Source: a virus
Lineage: Duplodnaviria; Caudoviricetes
Virus record (IMG/VR): IMGVR_UViG_3300028146_000004
Location: 1 to 52,226 of that record
Reading direction: 5' to 3' (one strand)
DNA: 52,226 nt
Both the position numbers and the translations under genes were made by a program. Positions 8,167 through 16,239 of the stretch are shown here, piece by piece (positions within the stretch are counted from its first letter, which is position 1; the number at the start of each line of letters is the position of its first letter). The notes under the pieces are model-generated. The model saw nothing but the letters and a program-made list of their open reading frames with translations. It was not told the origin of the DNA and searched no databases.

Positions 8167-8700
8167 GCCCCCAAAGGGGTCCAAAATTCGGCGCAAACCT
8201 CGCTCCACGCCCCGCTCGGGCCATCGGATCTAAGGTGAAACGTCTTTATCCCCAAAGGGGGCCAAAAATAGGGCGGCGGGTCGCTCCACTCGGGCCTGGG
8301 CCATCGGGGCAGGGAGCGGTACGGCGGCGAAGGGGGTCCAGCGCCCGGGTCTGGCCCCAAGGGGGCCATTTTTAGGGCGGCACCTGCCTACACGGGGGCC
8401 ACGGGGCATCGGAGCCTAAATCCCACATGCCCATAGGGGTCAGATTGCGGGCCGCAGGGAGCGGGATTTAGGCTCAAAAGTACCGGCGAAGGGGCGGGTA
8501 TCTACCTCCCTATCTATCTCCCGGGAGATAGATATCCCCACCCTCCTTATAAAGCCTAAGTGTTACTGTGTATAGGCGACCACCTCCTCTCTCCTCTCAC
8601 TATATCCTTGTTAATAAACCTATTAGTATTTGGTTATAGATAAAACCAGGGGAGATAGATAGGGAGATATCAACGGGTCGTTTCAAAAGCACGGAACCGA
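8167..8700. other. Non-coding repeat region; candidate replication origin or genome-end region
   Basis: GC-rich degenerate repeats, a perfect 24-bp palindrome at 8511-8534, and a 17-bp inverted repeat (8506-8522/8650-8666) around an AT-rich tract. Confidence 0.5.
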
Positions 8701-8740
8701 GCGACCGGTTTAGACCGATAGATCCTAGAAAATCGACCCC

Positions 8741-8770
8741 TTGTGTTCCAAAGGGGACGTAGTATATAAT
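8741..8770 (+). promoter_or_regulatory. Early promoter TTGTGT-N18-TATAAT
   Basis: Member of the repeated promoter family. Confidence 0.65.
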
Positions 8771-8803
8771 AGAAATAGAGACCTTAGATCCCGGGAGGAA
8801 GAT

Positions 8804-9310
8804 ATGGGAGACTACGTGTTCCCACTGGTTAGCGATGACGACATTGCCCGAGCGGTAGACAGTGGGCCAAGAAGGCCGCTATCTACCTCCCTACCGGTAA
8901 CGCTACCGGGAGTAAGTAACGAGCCTTCCCTCCCTATCTCCCTATCTACCGGTAGGGAGGGAGGTAATGCCAAAACGTCCAACTCGACGGCCCCAAGTAT
9001 CGGCACAACGACGTCGAAGTATCCCTGGGCTGAATGGCTAGACGGGAAGGCGCACGTAATTGTGCGGGGAACCCACTACTCGGTACCAACTCGGAACATG
9101 GTAGTGCAGCTCCATAACAGGGGGCTGGCGCAGGTTGAGACCATGTACGTGTATACCGAAACGCTCGAGGGTACGGCTGGCATTTACTTCCAGTTCTACA
9201 AGACCAAGGAGGAGCGGGACGAACGTAGGGTGCAGACCAAGAACGAAGAGCGCCTTGCTCGAGAGCGGTATGCCAACGTACGAGCCGAGGACGGCAGGGT
9301 GGATGGCTAA
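8804..9310 (+). CDS. Hypothetical protein with a KYPWxxWLDG motif
   Basis: GGAGG RBS before ATG 8804. Confidence 0.65.
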   Translation: MGDYVFPLVSDDDIARAVDSGPRRPLSTSLPVTLPGVSNEPSLPISLSTGREGGNAKTSNSTAPSIGTTTSKYPWAEWLDGKAHVIVRGTHYSVPTRNMVVQLHNRGLAQVETMYVYTETLEGTAGIYFQFYKTKEERDERRVQTKNEERLARERYANVRAEDGRVDG

Positions 9311-9515
9311 GTATGATTGGGACCACTTGTGTTGTGGCGAGACCTTTACCCTGTATACCGGATTTGCAGACGATCCCAGTACGTACTTGGACTGTCACCC
9401 TAGAATGTTTGCCACCATACTAGGTCGGATGGCGAGACGAAGAGGGAAGGAGGTCGAACTTGAATTCCTGGGTACGGGAGACAGCGTAACAGGAATCAGG
9501 TTCCGGTGTGTATAA
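9303..9515 (+). CDS. Hypothetical protein (KYDW motif), probable paralog of the upstream gene's C-terminus
   Basis: Start overlaps the upstream stop; MAKYDWDHL...G. Confidence 0.6.
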   Translation: MAKYDWDHLCCGETFTLYTGFADDPSTYLDCHPRMFATILGRMARRRGKEVELEFLGTGDSVTGIRFRCV

Positions 9516-9548
9516 AAGTGCCCCCAAAGAGCCCCCCAGATTCGCTCC

Positions 9549-9579
9549 TTTTCCACCACATATGGGGCTGGGATATAAT
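9549..9579 (+). promoter_or_regulatory. Early promoter TTTTCC-N19-TATAAT
   Basis: AAAGAGCCCC motif upstream; -35 is weak. Confidence 0.5.
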
Positions 9580-9627
9580 TATTGTATCACCAACAAGGTG
9601 AGGCGATAACTACAGAGAGGCGAGTCG

Positions 9628-9882
9628 GTGGCTAAGAGAGTGGTTAGTCTCGAAGAGATCGAACACCAGATCGAACAGAGGCTAGGTCTCAGTTACACTG
9701 AGGCGATTCGTATGACGAGTATGATGCGACCCTCGTACATGCGAACCAAGCTCGGTAAGCGTCCGGTGGGGAAGAACATTGATGCGGTACTCAAGCGTTC
9801 TCCCGGGTCTAGTACACACAGTGGATTAGACTTCGTCAAGGCAGTATATGCCGAGCGCACTGGTCAGGAGCCGCTGTACTAG
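9628..9882 (+). CDS. Hypothetical protein
   Basis: GAGG RBS; downstream hairpin at 9883-9917. Confidence 0.6.
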   Translation: MAKRVVSLEEIEHQIEQRLGLSYTEAIRMTSMMRPSYMRTKLGKRPVGKNIDAVLKRSPGSSTHSGLDFVKAVYAERTGQEPLY

Positions 9883-9995
9883 AGGCGAGGGGGAGCGAAA
9901 GCTCCCCTTCACCGCCTTTGTAGGTTGCGCACACCTTACAACTTCACACTCTACCTTCGGATCGCGGGGGTTCGACAAGTAGAGAGGAGCCAGTA

Positions 9996-10232
9996 ATGGC
10001 CGCTAAGTTCCACCCACGGGCGATGGCGCAGTTGATCGCGACCATCGTTACGAACCCAGAAGCTCCGGATTACGAAGCGCAGGTCGAGAGGCGGATCGAG
10101 CAAGTAACGGAGTTGGCAGTGGAGTACTACAAGGTGTACCCGATCGAACACAACTGGACCGTGGAGCGAAAGGGTCACACACGGAACAGCCTCAACAACC
10201 GCGCACTACTGTCGAGAGCCAACCTCAGGTAG
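9996..10232 (+). CDS. Hypothetical protein
   Basis: GAGGAG RBS. Confidence 0.65.
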   Translation: MAAKFHPRAMAQLIATIVTNPEAPDYEAQVERRIEQVTELAVEYYKVYPIEHNWTVERKGHTRNSLNNRALLSRANLR

Positions 10233-10327
10233 TGACGCCGCCCCGCAAGGTTTCATCGCCCTGTGGGGTTCTGAAAGTAGCAGGTGCGCTGAACGGGGCT
10301 CTTGAAAGAGCCCGTGTGTCAAGACTC

Positions 10328-10358
10328 TTGCAGACCCCATATGGTGCTGGGGTATAAT
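10328..10358 (+). promoter_or_regulatory. Early promoter TTGCAG-N19-TATAAT
   Basis: Repeated promoter family. Confidence 0.7.
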
Positions 10359-10405
10359 TGAAGTAGAAGCAGGAAGTACTCACAACTACAGAGAGGATCG
10401 AACCC

Positions 10406-10624
10406 ATGAGGATCGAACTTCGAGACGAGGTCGACGTTCACACGATCTGGTTCGCACTCGAGAAGTACTCAGAGGTGCTACTCAAGGATCGTGAGTCGAA
10501 GTACAACGGGGATCCGCGGTACGGCGACGAGGACGAAGAGTTTCTGACGGGAGAGATCGAACAGTGTGGAAACGTGCTCAATCAGCTACGGGAGCAGGGA
10601 TTCGCACCGTTCAAGGGTGAGTGA
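10406..10624 (+). CDS. Small acidic hypothetical protein
   Basis: GAGG RBS, first gene after the promoter. Confidence 0.7.
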   Translation: MRIELRDEVDVHTIWFALEKYSEVLLKDRESKYNGDPRYGDEDEEFLTGEIEQCGNVLNQLREQGFAPFKGE

Positions 10625-10629
10625 CTCAC

Positions 10630-10676
10630 GGAGCCGCCTAGTAGTCGTAGGTATCCTTCAATGGAACGGCTCCACG
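10630..10676 (+). ncRNA. Three-way-junction RNA J1
   Basis: GGAGCCG/CGGCTCC, CCTA/TAGG, TCC-TTCAAT-GGA, then ACG. Confidence 0.7.
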
Positions 10677-10689
10677 AAAGGAGGCTGAC

Positions 10690-10980
10690 ATGATTGTCAT
10701 CCGAAAGTACGAGGTGTCCATCGAGGAGTCGGTGCTCAAGGCTATCGCCGAGGGTACGGTCCCGAACACCACTTCGATCGATCTGTACGACGCCTGCACG
10801 AGGCTGATCGATCTGGGTAACGCCAGTCGACCGCTCTACCTGGTGCAGTTCGACGGCGTCAAGGACCCGCGGTCCACAGCCATCGGCTGGGACTACGAGT
10901 ACGTAGAAGGCGTCGACGAGATGTTGTACGGGCCGATCACGTGGAAGGGTGAGGAGACCGACATCGACCTCGAGAAGTAG
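10690..10980 (+). CDS. Hypothetical protein
   Basis: GAAAGGAGG RBS. Confidence 0.7.
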   Translation: MIVIRKYEVSIEESVLKAIAEGTVPNTTSIDLYDACTRLIDLGNASRPLYLVQFDGVKDPRSTAIGWDYEYVEGVDEMLYGPITWKGEETDIDLEK

Positions 10981-10988
10981 GCCTCGTA

Positions 10989-11035
10989 CGGGGCGGCCAG
11001 GATATTGCTGGTAGGGTTCAATCCCACCGCTCCAC
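10989..11035 (+). ncRNA. Three-way-junction RNA J2
   Basis: GGGCGG/CCGCTC, CCAG/CTGG, GGG-TTCAAT-CCC, then ACG; stems covary with J1. Confidence 0.7.
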
Positions 11036-11050
11036 GAAAGGAGGCGAGTC

Positions 11051-11251
11051 ATGATAGACTTGTCGAAGTACTCGGAGCCAGGCGAGTGTGGATACTGTGA
11101 GAAGCCGGCCGTACTCAACGCGGTAGCTCTCCAGGTATGCCAGGACGAGCACGGTGAGGAGCATACCTTCACCGAGGCCGTCTGCGAGGAGTGTCGTGGC
11201 GAGCTCGAACGCGATACGGGCCTCGGCGGCATGTTCATCCTGCACTGGTGA
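11051..11251 (+). CDS. Small Zn-finger protein (CxxC...CxxC)
   Basis: GAAAGGAGG RBS; CGYC and CEEC. Confidence 0.7.
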   Translation: MIDLSKYSEPGECGYCEKPAVLNAVALQVCQDEHGEEHTFTEAVCEECRGELERDTGLGGMFILHW

Positions 11252-11256
11252 CGAGA

Positions 11257-11303
11257 GGGTCCGCCGGGTTGTTGACGGTATCCTTCGATGGAACGGGCCC
11301 GCA
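11257..11303 (+). ncRNA. Three-way-junction RNA J3
   Basis: GGGTCCG/CGGGCCC, CCG/CGG, TCC-TTCGAT-GGA; 44-nt core as in J1 and J2. Confidence 0.65.
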
Positions 11304-11336
11304 AAAGAGCCCCAAAGAGCACCCGGTTCAAGACTC

Positions 11337-11366
11337 TTGTAGTCGAAGAGGGTGCTCGAGTATAAT
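11337..11366 (+). promoter_or_regulatory. Early promoter TTGTAG-N18-TATAAT
   Basis: Repeated promoter family. Confidence 0.7.
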
Positions 11367-11389
11367 TAGTAGTAGAGAGGAGGTCAACG

Positions 11390-11593
11390 ATGAAGATCGT
11401 GACCATGTGCATAGCGCACGGAGTAGCACTCGAGGGCGAGCCGATGCTGGTTCGTCCGCCAGCCGCGGTGGAACTGAAGGACAACGACGCGAGTTCCTGG
11501 GAGGTAGACACTTCCGAGCAGGTGTGTCCGACAGCCGCCAACAACGGACTGTACTGGTGCAACGCAACGTGGGCTGTGTGCGTCGTTCAGTAG
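11390..11593 (+). CDS. Hypothetical protein
   Basis: AGGAGG RBS; C-x2-H...C...C pattern similar to 12229..12447. Confidence 0.65.
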   Translation: MKIVTMCIAHGVALEGEPMLVRPPAAVELKDNDASSWEVDTSEQVCPTAANNGLYWCNATWAVCVVQ

Positions 11594-11647
11594 AACGACC
11601 GCCTGTAGTGGTGTCAGAGCCACTACAGGTACGGAAGGAGGTACACC

Positions 11648-11863
11648 ATGATCGACGTGGTGGTTGTAGTCTCTGTTCCTGCAACAGAGAAGCTCGAGCC
11701 GGGTTCGGGAGCGCTCCTCAGTCGCGACCGGATGGTGGAGGACGAACCTGCCTACACTCAGGTGTTCCGGTTCGAGTTCGAGGACGATCGGGCGCTGCAA
11801 GCTTCGTTGGCGTGGCTGGGCAACCAGGCAGTCAGCGGAGGGCCGATGATCAACACCGCGTGA
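11648..11863 (+). CDS. Hypothetical protein
   Basis: AAGGAGG RBS. Confidence 0.65.
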   Translation: MIDVVVVVSVPATEKLEPGSGALLSRDRMVEDEPAYTQVFRFEFEDDRALQASLAWLGNQAVSGGPMINTA

Positions 11864-12048
11864 AGCCCCGCAAGCTTCTCGTGTCAGGCCACGAGGGGTG
11901 CAAGCTCGAGTACACAAACACCTCAATAGAGACCGGAGCGCGCTGCTACTGGTGCCCATTCCACAACGAGTGGGTCTTCGTGTTTCCGGTCGCTAAGGTG
12001 TATCACTACTACGACGGGACAGTAACAGTGTTCCAAATGCCTGGGTAG
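11860..12048 (+). CDS. Small Cys/His-containing hypothetical protein
   Basis: GTGA overlap with the upstream stop; the 3' end of track ORF 11191..12048. Confidence 0.55.
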   Translation: MKPRKLLVSGHEGCKLEYTNTSIETGARCYWCPFHNEWVFVFPVAKVYHYYDGTVTVFQMPG

Positions 12049-12228
12049 TGAGGCCTCGAAGGCCGTCGAAAGCCTTCGAGGCGCTTGACCGTTGAAGGAA
12101 CGAACATCTTAGGGCCCCCTAAGAAGAAACGGTCAGTAAGGAGGGTCTCGTGAGGCGTACTCTTGTCTTTGCGTGGAGTGGGCCAAAGGAGTGCGAGGAG
12201 ACCAGGAAGTTGCTAGAGGAGGTAGAAC

Positions 12229-12447
12229 GTGAAGAGGGTACGAGTGGTGGCTCAGTGCGCGCAACACCCCGACTCCGTAGTGTACCTACGAGACGGAGCG
12301 ATGACACTGATCGGGGAGGACAACACGTGGACTCACGAAGGTAGCCAGATGGCTGTCATGGTCGAGTTCGATGCTGGCTTCCTCGAGTGTTCCGAGAACT
12401 ACGCCGACCACGAGCTCTCGTTCCACGTCTCTGAACTCCGACAGTAA
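12229..12447 (+). CDS. Hypothetical protein
   Basis: GAGGAGG RBS. Confidence 0.65.
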   Translation: MKRVRVVAQCAQHPDSVVYLRDGAMTLIGEDNTWTHEGSQMAVMVEFDAGFLECSENYADHELSFHVSELRQ

Positions 12448-12531
12448 CCTGCTGAGTCGTTGACAGGCGCAAGTCTGTCAGCGGCTCTGTGGGTTGCTAA
12501 GAGTAGGCGACCCTCAGGCAAGGAGGGTACC

Positions 12532-12918
12532 ATGTCGAATGAGTTCTACCTGACTGCACCGTGCGTCGGTAAGCGTAGCTGCGGTGCGCGGGTCGGGGAG
12601 AAGTGCGTCGACAAGCGTGGAAACGTTCTGCCGCCGTCGCAGTCACACAAGGCGCGGAAGGACGAGTACGAGCACCGCCAGGCCGCCGAGAGCGCAACGG
12701 CAACGTTGCAGTCGCTCGAGCCGGTCGTCGACGAGGAGAGGGCTCGCAAGGTCTTCTACGAGGAGCGGCGACAGGGGAAGATCGCGAACGTTCTCTTCGC
12801 GATCCGATTCGGCCGGGAGGTCATGCACATGCCTCAGGCGCAGCTCGACCAGCGACTGGCCGAGATGATGGTCGACGGTGGCTACGACAGGGCCCTCGAC
12901 CGCCTGCAGCCAGAGTAG
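12532..12918 (+). CDS. Phage zinc-finger protein
   Basis: AGGAGG RBS; C...CGA-VGE-C...H-AR motif. Confidence 0.7.
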   Translation: MSNEFYLTAPCVGKRSCGARVGEKCVDKRGNVLPPSQSHKARKDEYEHRQAAESATATLQSLEPVVDEERARKVFYEERRQGKIANVLFAIRFGREVMHMPQAQLDQRLAEMMVDGGYDRALDRLQPE

Positions 12919-12924
12919 TACAGA

Positions 12925-12969
12925 GGGTTGGTCGGCATAGGCCGTACGCAGCAAAGCAGCCAACCCGCG
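12925..12969 (+). ncRNA. Three-way-junction RNA J4
   Basis: GGGTTGGT/GCCAACCC, CGGC/GCCG, TAC, GC/GC, A, then GCG. Confidence 0.55.
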
Positions 12970-12983
12970 AAAGGAGGTACGAG

Positions 12984-13292
12984 ATGTCACTCGCACCTGG
13001 AAAGGGAGCACACCTGGTGCTCAACGAGGCAGTCATGAGCTGGCTCTCTGCGGCGCTCTCGGACGTGCGATCCGTCTACACGGACGAGCTACACGACGAG
13101 ACACCGGAGAAGGTCATCACGGGGCTGCTGGCGGAGGGCGGTAGGTCGTTGCCGTGGGCGTCGGAGAAGGACACCTTCGGCAACAAGGCGTACACGAGCA
13201 TGGTGTACAAGGAGGGTGAGCTGCGGGTGACCGTAGTTCACAACAAGCGGGGCCTCAGCCTCGACATCCGCGAGTGGTTCCAGCCCAGCTGA
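12984..13292 (+). CDS. Protein with a C-terminal PC4-like ssDNA-binding motif
   Basis: GAAAGGAGG RBS; ends ELRVTVV...GLSLDIREWF. Confidence 0.55.
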   Translation: MSLAPGKGAHLVLNEAVMSWLSAALSDVRSVYTDELHDETPEKVITGLLAEGGRSLPWASEKDTFGNKAYTSMVYKEGELRVTVVHNKRGLSLDIREWFQPS

Positions 13293-13348
13293 GCACGTTG
13301 GCACATCTTCGGGGGAGGTGTGCCTCCGTGTCTAGCTTAGGAGGAGCA

Positions 13349-13594
13349 ATGGCAAGCAATGAGGAGGCCTGGTACAAGTTCGCGATCCTGGCTGGGAACG
13401 AGGTGAGAATCGTCGAGGACCTAAACGACGACATCGCCGGCCACGTCCAGAAAGCGTTCCAGAAGTACGGCAACAGTCAGCTCCCGATGGTGAAGCTGGA
13501 AGGTGACCATGCCTTCACGTCGGCGATCTCTGACCGAAACCGGCACATCCAGATGGCGATCATGTACTCCAACATGGCCATCATGTACAAGTGA
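13349..13594 (+). CDS. Hypothetical protein
   Basis: AGGAGGAG RBS. Confidence 0.7.
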   Translation: MASNEEAWYKFAILAGNEVRIVEDLNDDIAGHVQKAFQKYGNSQLPMVKLEGDHAFTSAISDRNRHIQMAIMYSNMAIMYK

Positions 13595-13609
13595 CACCAA
13601 AGGGCCCCC

Positions 13610-13640
13610 TTGTAGTCCAAAGGGGGCACCGGGTGATAAT
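13610..13640 (+). promoter_or_regulatory. Early promoter TTGTAG-N19-GATAAT
   Basis: Repeated promoter family. Confidence 0.6.
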
Positions 13641-13662
13641 GGGATAGAAGGGAGGTAATGCA

Positions 13663-13824
13663 ATGCACCGAGTCGAAGATAGGGTCGGCATCATGGAGAT
13701 GTGGAAGACTCCTTGGCGCAAGAGGTTCTTCCGTCGTGCGAAGCACCGCTACAGCATGTGGCAGGCTACGTGGGATATACTAGTCAACGTTGGTATATCC
13801 GGGTATACAGCACCAGTACTGTAG
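13663..13824 (+). CDS. 53-aa basic hypothetical protein
   Basis: Below the ORF-track cutoff; GGAGGT RBS; MHRVEDRVG...TAPVL. Confidence 0.55.
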   Translation: MHRVEDRVGIMEMWKTPWRKRFFRRAKHRYSMWQATWDILVNVGISGYTAPVL

Positions 13825-13884
13825 CAATCCCCACAGGGCGGCGACAAAGAGGTGGCGCATTATCAACGATCCCTAACTAAATAC

Positions 13885-13951
13885 GTCCCGGTAGCACTGG
13901 CAGTGCGCGGTTGGAAGATACCGAGCGAGGGTTCGATTCCCTACCGGGGCA
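13885..13951 (+). ncRNA. tRNA-like element T1 with an aberrant anticodon arm
   Basis: GTCCCGG/CCGGGGC acceptor, GCAC-TGGCA-GTGC D arm, TTCGATT T loop; 4-bp stem with an 8-nt loop. Confidence 0.7.
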
Positions 13952-13978
13952 CGGAAAGAAATGCACCAAAGAGCCCCC

Positions 13979-14009
13979 TTGCAGTCGAGGTTTGGGGCTC
14001 CTGTATAAT
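13979..14009 (+). promoter_or_regulatory. Early promoter TTGCAG-N19-TATAAT
   Basis: Repeated promoter family. Confidence 0.7.
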
Positions 14010-14207
14010 TGAAGTAGAGCGAGAGGTATGGCTAAGGAGGTGGTAGCCATGCGGGCGATCAATAAAGCGCCCTGGCGGTAACAAGCCTCAATCGTTTCGT
14101 GTCACCTGTACCACCTTACAATTGAATCGTGGCCAAGTATCGGCAGAGACATTCCGGGGGAGCCCACGTTATGAGCGTGCGGACGGGATGTGGTGCTTGG
14201 CCACCTA

Positions 14208-14283
14208 GGGGATGTAGCTCATGGAGAGCACTACCGGTAATCGCCGCCGCTTTAGTTCGCAGGTTCGATCCCTGCCATCCCCA
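14208..14283 (+). ncRNA. tRNA-like element T2
   Basis: GGGGATG/CATCCCC, TA-GCTC-ATGGA-GAGC, GCAGG-TTCGATC-CCTGC; anticodon arm replaced by a 25-nt irregular stem. Confidence 0.75.
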
Positions 14284-14314
14284 CGTAAAGTCCATCCGTC
14301 AGGAGGGAACAGCA

Positions 14315-14686
14315 ATGAAGGTAGTACAGTACGACACGGTCCGAATCGTACGCGAGTGGGTCCCGGTCGAGGACATCGAAGATGGTGTGACGCCGGAGCT
14401 CCACGTGCGTACGGTTGTCGAGCAGACGGACGAGGAGCGGTGGATATCCATCATCGACCACGTCGCGGACCACGCGCCCGACTCGCTCGTCACGACCGTC
14501 GTCGTGTACGACGATGAAGGCAAGGCCATCGTCCAGGGCTCCGTCAAGAGCACTCCGGGGCAGATCCGGGCAGAGATGTTCACCGACGCTTCACTCGTGC
14601 CGAACGTGAAGGACGGCGAGCTGTCCTTCACGGATCCGACCGAGGAGACCGTCGGGCAGTACGCGCTTCGGGTGACCGGGGCGTAG
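14315..14686 (+). CDS. Acidic hypothetical protein between tRNA-like elements
   Basis: AGGAGG RBS before ATG 14315. Confidence 0.7.
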   Translation: MKVVQYDTVRIVREWVPVEDIEDGVTPELHVRTVVEQTDEERWISIIDHVADHAPDSLVTTVVVYDDEGKAIVQGSVKSTPGQIRAEMFTDASLVPNVKDGELSFTDPTEETVGQYALRVTGA

Positions 14687-14694
14687 GCATCACA

Positions 14695-14770
14695 GCGCTA
14701 GGCCGCCGTTAGGCGGACGCCCTGCCAACCTGGGTGATTGGAAGTGCGGGTTCGAATCCCGTCTAGCGCG
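14695..14770 (+). ncRNA. tRNA-like element T3 (Gly-GCC-like loop remnant)
   Basis: GCGCTAG/CTAGCGC, GCGGG-TTCGAAT-CCCGT; 9-nt loop TGCCAACCT. Confidence 0.7.
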
Positions 14771-14824
14771 CGTACGACAACTTAACACCGCAGCCTGGTG
14801 CATGACTCCACCATCGAGGCTGCA

Positions 14825-14905
14825 GGCTCTAGTGCTCCCGATAGGGTTGCCGCCTTTCTTAGCGGGGTACAACGGAAGTGTAGGTTCGAATCCTACCTAG
14901 AGCCG
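14825..14905 (+). ncRNA. tRNA-like element T4
   Basis: GGCTCTAG/CTAGAGCC (8 bp), GTAGG-TTCGAAT-CCTAC; CCGC-CTTTCTTA-GCGG with an 8-nt loop. Confidence 0.7.
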
Positions 14906-14956
14906 CGTACAGGGGGTCCCTCCGAAAGAGCCCCCGAAAATCTTCAATGAGCCCCC

Positions 14957-14987
14957 TTGCAGTCCAAGCTGCGGGGTGTGGTATAAT
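14957..14987 (+). promoter_or_regulatory. Early promoter TTGCAG-N19-TATAAT
   Basis: Repeated promoter family. Confidence 0.7.
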
Positions 14988-15030
14988 TGAAGTAAGCAAG
15001 CAGCAGCGTCAACCAAACTAGGAGGGTATC

Positions 15031-15558
15031 ATGACGCAGGCAACGACCACCCCCGATTTCGAGGATGCCGCCCAGACCGAGGCTCCGACCACGGACGCTC
15101 TGGACCTCGAGGTCAACGACGACGCCAACCTGGACGTCGACGTCCCCAGCGCAGAGGACGGCGACGTGCTCCCCACGGAGGGCGAGGGAACCAAGGCGGA
15201 GTCGGCGCCGGCGAAGGCCGCGCGTCCGAAGGCTCCCGAGGGCTTCGTGAAGCCCGTCGAGTTCGCCAAGCTCCTGTCGGAACACCTGAAGAAGGTCGTT
15301 CCGCCGCAGGTCGTCTACTCGTACATCAAGAACAACCAGGGCGAGTCGGCGAAGAACCCGTTCCCGGTCCACGCGCAGGACGGGTACGACTGGTACATCA
15401 AGCCGGAGGAGGGTCTGGCGTGGTGGGACGCGAAGAACTCGCGTGTCGCCGCTGGCAAGACCGCTCGGGCCGAGAAGGCGGCGAAGGCCGCTGCCAAGGC
15501 GACCGAGGCTCCGACGGTGGAGGCTGAGTCCGCCGCGCCTGTGGAGGAAGCCGAGTAG
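15031..15558 (+). CDS. Putative DNA-binding protein: acidic N-terminus, central HTH-like domain, Ala/Lys-rich tail
   Basis: AGGAGG RBS; KPVEFAKLL...PPQVVYSYIKN resembles 6827..7177. Confidence 0.7.
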   Translation: MTQATTTPDFEDAAQTEAPTTDALDLEVNDDANLDVDVPSAEDGDVLPTEGEGTKAESAPAKAARPKAPEGFVKPVEFAKLLSEHLKKVVPPQVVYSYIKNNQGESAKNPFPVHAQDGYDWYIKPEEGLAWWDAKNSRVAAGKTARAEKAAKAAAKATEAPTVEAESAAPVEEAE

Positions 15559-15575
15559 CAGTCGGGGTTCGAGCA

Positions 15576-15621
15576 GGGCAGGTCCCGAAAGGGGTACGCC
15601 GTCGTAGGCAGCCTGTCCACG
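15576..15621 (+). ncRNA. Three-way-junction RNA J5
   Basis: GGGCAGGT/GCCTGTCC, CCC-GAAA-GGG, TAC, GCC/GGC, A, then ACG. Confidence 0.6.
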
Positions 15622-15740
15622 AGCACAGGCAAGTAGAGTGAACGAGGCCGTCACTGGCGATGCCGATGGGCGGATAGTAACGATGCTTGCCTGTGCCCCT
15701 GTTCAAGAGCAAACTTCGCTACACGAGTCAGGAGTAGGCA

Positions 15741-15917
15741 ATGACAAGCGACACGAAGACCATCGTCGGCGCTCTCGCGGGTTACTTCAACGAGGGGGGC
15801 GGGAAGCGGCCGCTGGCCGACTTCCAGAAGGAGATCAAGGCTCTGACCGACGCCGAGAAGCAGGAGCTCGCCGAGGGCGCCTGCAAGGTCATGGGATGGA
15901 CTCTCAAGACCGCATAA
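15741..15917 (+). CDS. 58-aa hypothetical protein
   Basis: Below the ORF-track cutoff; AGGAG RBS; MTSDTKTIVG...WTLKTA. Confidence 0.7.
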   Translation: MTSDTKTIVGALAGYFNEGGGKRPLADFQKEIKALTDAEKQELAEGACKVMGWTLKTA

Positions 15918-15972
15918 CGACATAGGCCGCGCTCGCCGGCCCAACCGGATTAGTCCTCCGGAGCGAGCACAA

Positions 15973-16043
15973 GCCCTTGTGCATCTGGCGATGCTCCTCC
16001 GAAGGAGGAAATACTAGCCCAGGTTCGATTCCTGGCATGGGCG
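15973..16043 (+). ncRNA. tRNA-like element T5
   Basis: GCCCTTG/CATGGGC, GCATC-TGGC-GATGC, CCTCC-GAA-GGAGG (3-nt loop), CCAGG-TTCGATT-CCTGG. Confidence 0.7.
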
Positions 16044-16144
16044 CGGGCGCTCTGGAGAAGCGCCTACGTTAAACGCATGGCCGGGCGCCCTGCCAAAGTG
16101 GTGTAAGTTGGTCCTTCCCCACTTGTTAGGCTCGGCCATGCCAA

Positions 16145-16239
16145 GGGGAGTGACGGAAAGGCGAGACGTTTGCGGTGGCGGGTGCAGTGTCGGCCCGATG
16201 CTCAACCACCAGTGTGAGGTTCGATTCCTCACCTCCCCA
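16145..16239 (+). ncRNA. tRNA-like element T6 with an elongated anticodon arm
   Basis: GGGGAG/CTCCCC, ACG/CGT D arm, GGTGG...CCACC extended arm, GTGAGG-TTCGATT-CCTCAC. Confidence 0.7.

Noticed and set aside
8511-8534. Protelomerase (telRL) site of a linear plasmid-prophage
   Set aside because: No protelomerase or partition genes recognised
10582-11562. 326-aa minus-strand ORF and the long + ORF 11191..12048
   Set aside because: They overlap several short + strand genes with strong RBSs, a promoter and RNA motifs; shadow frames
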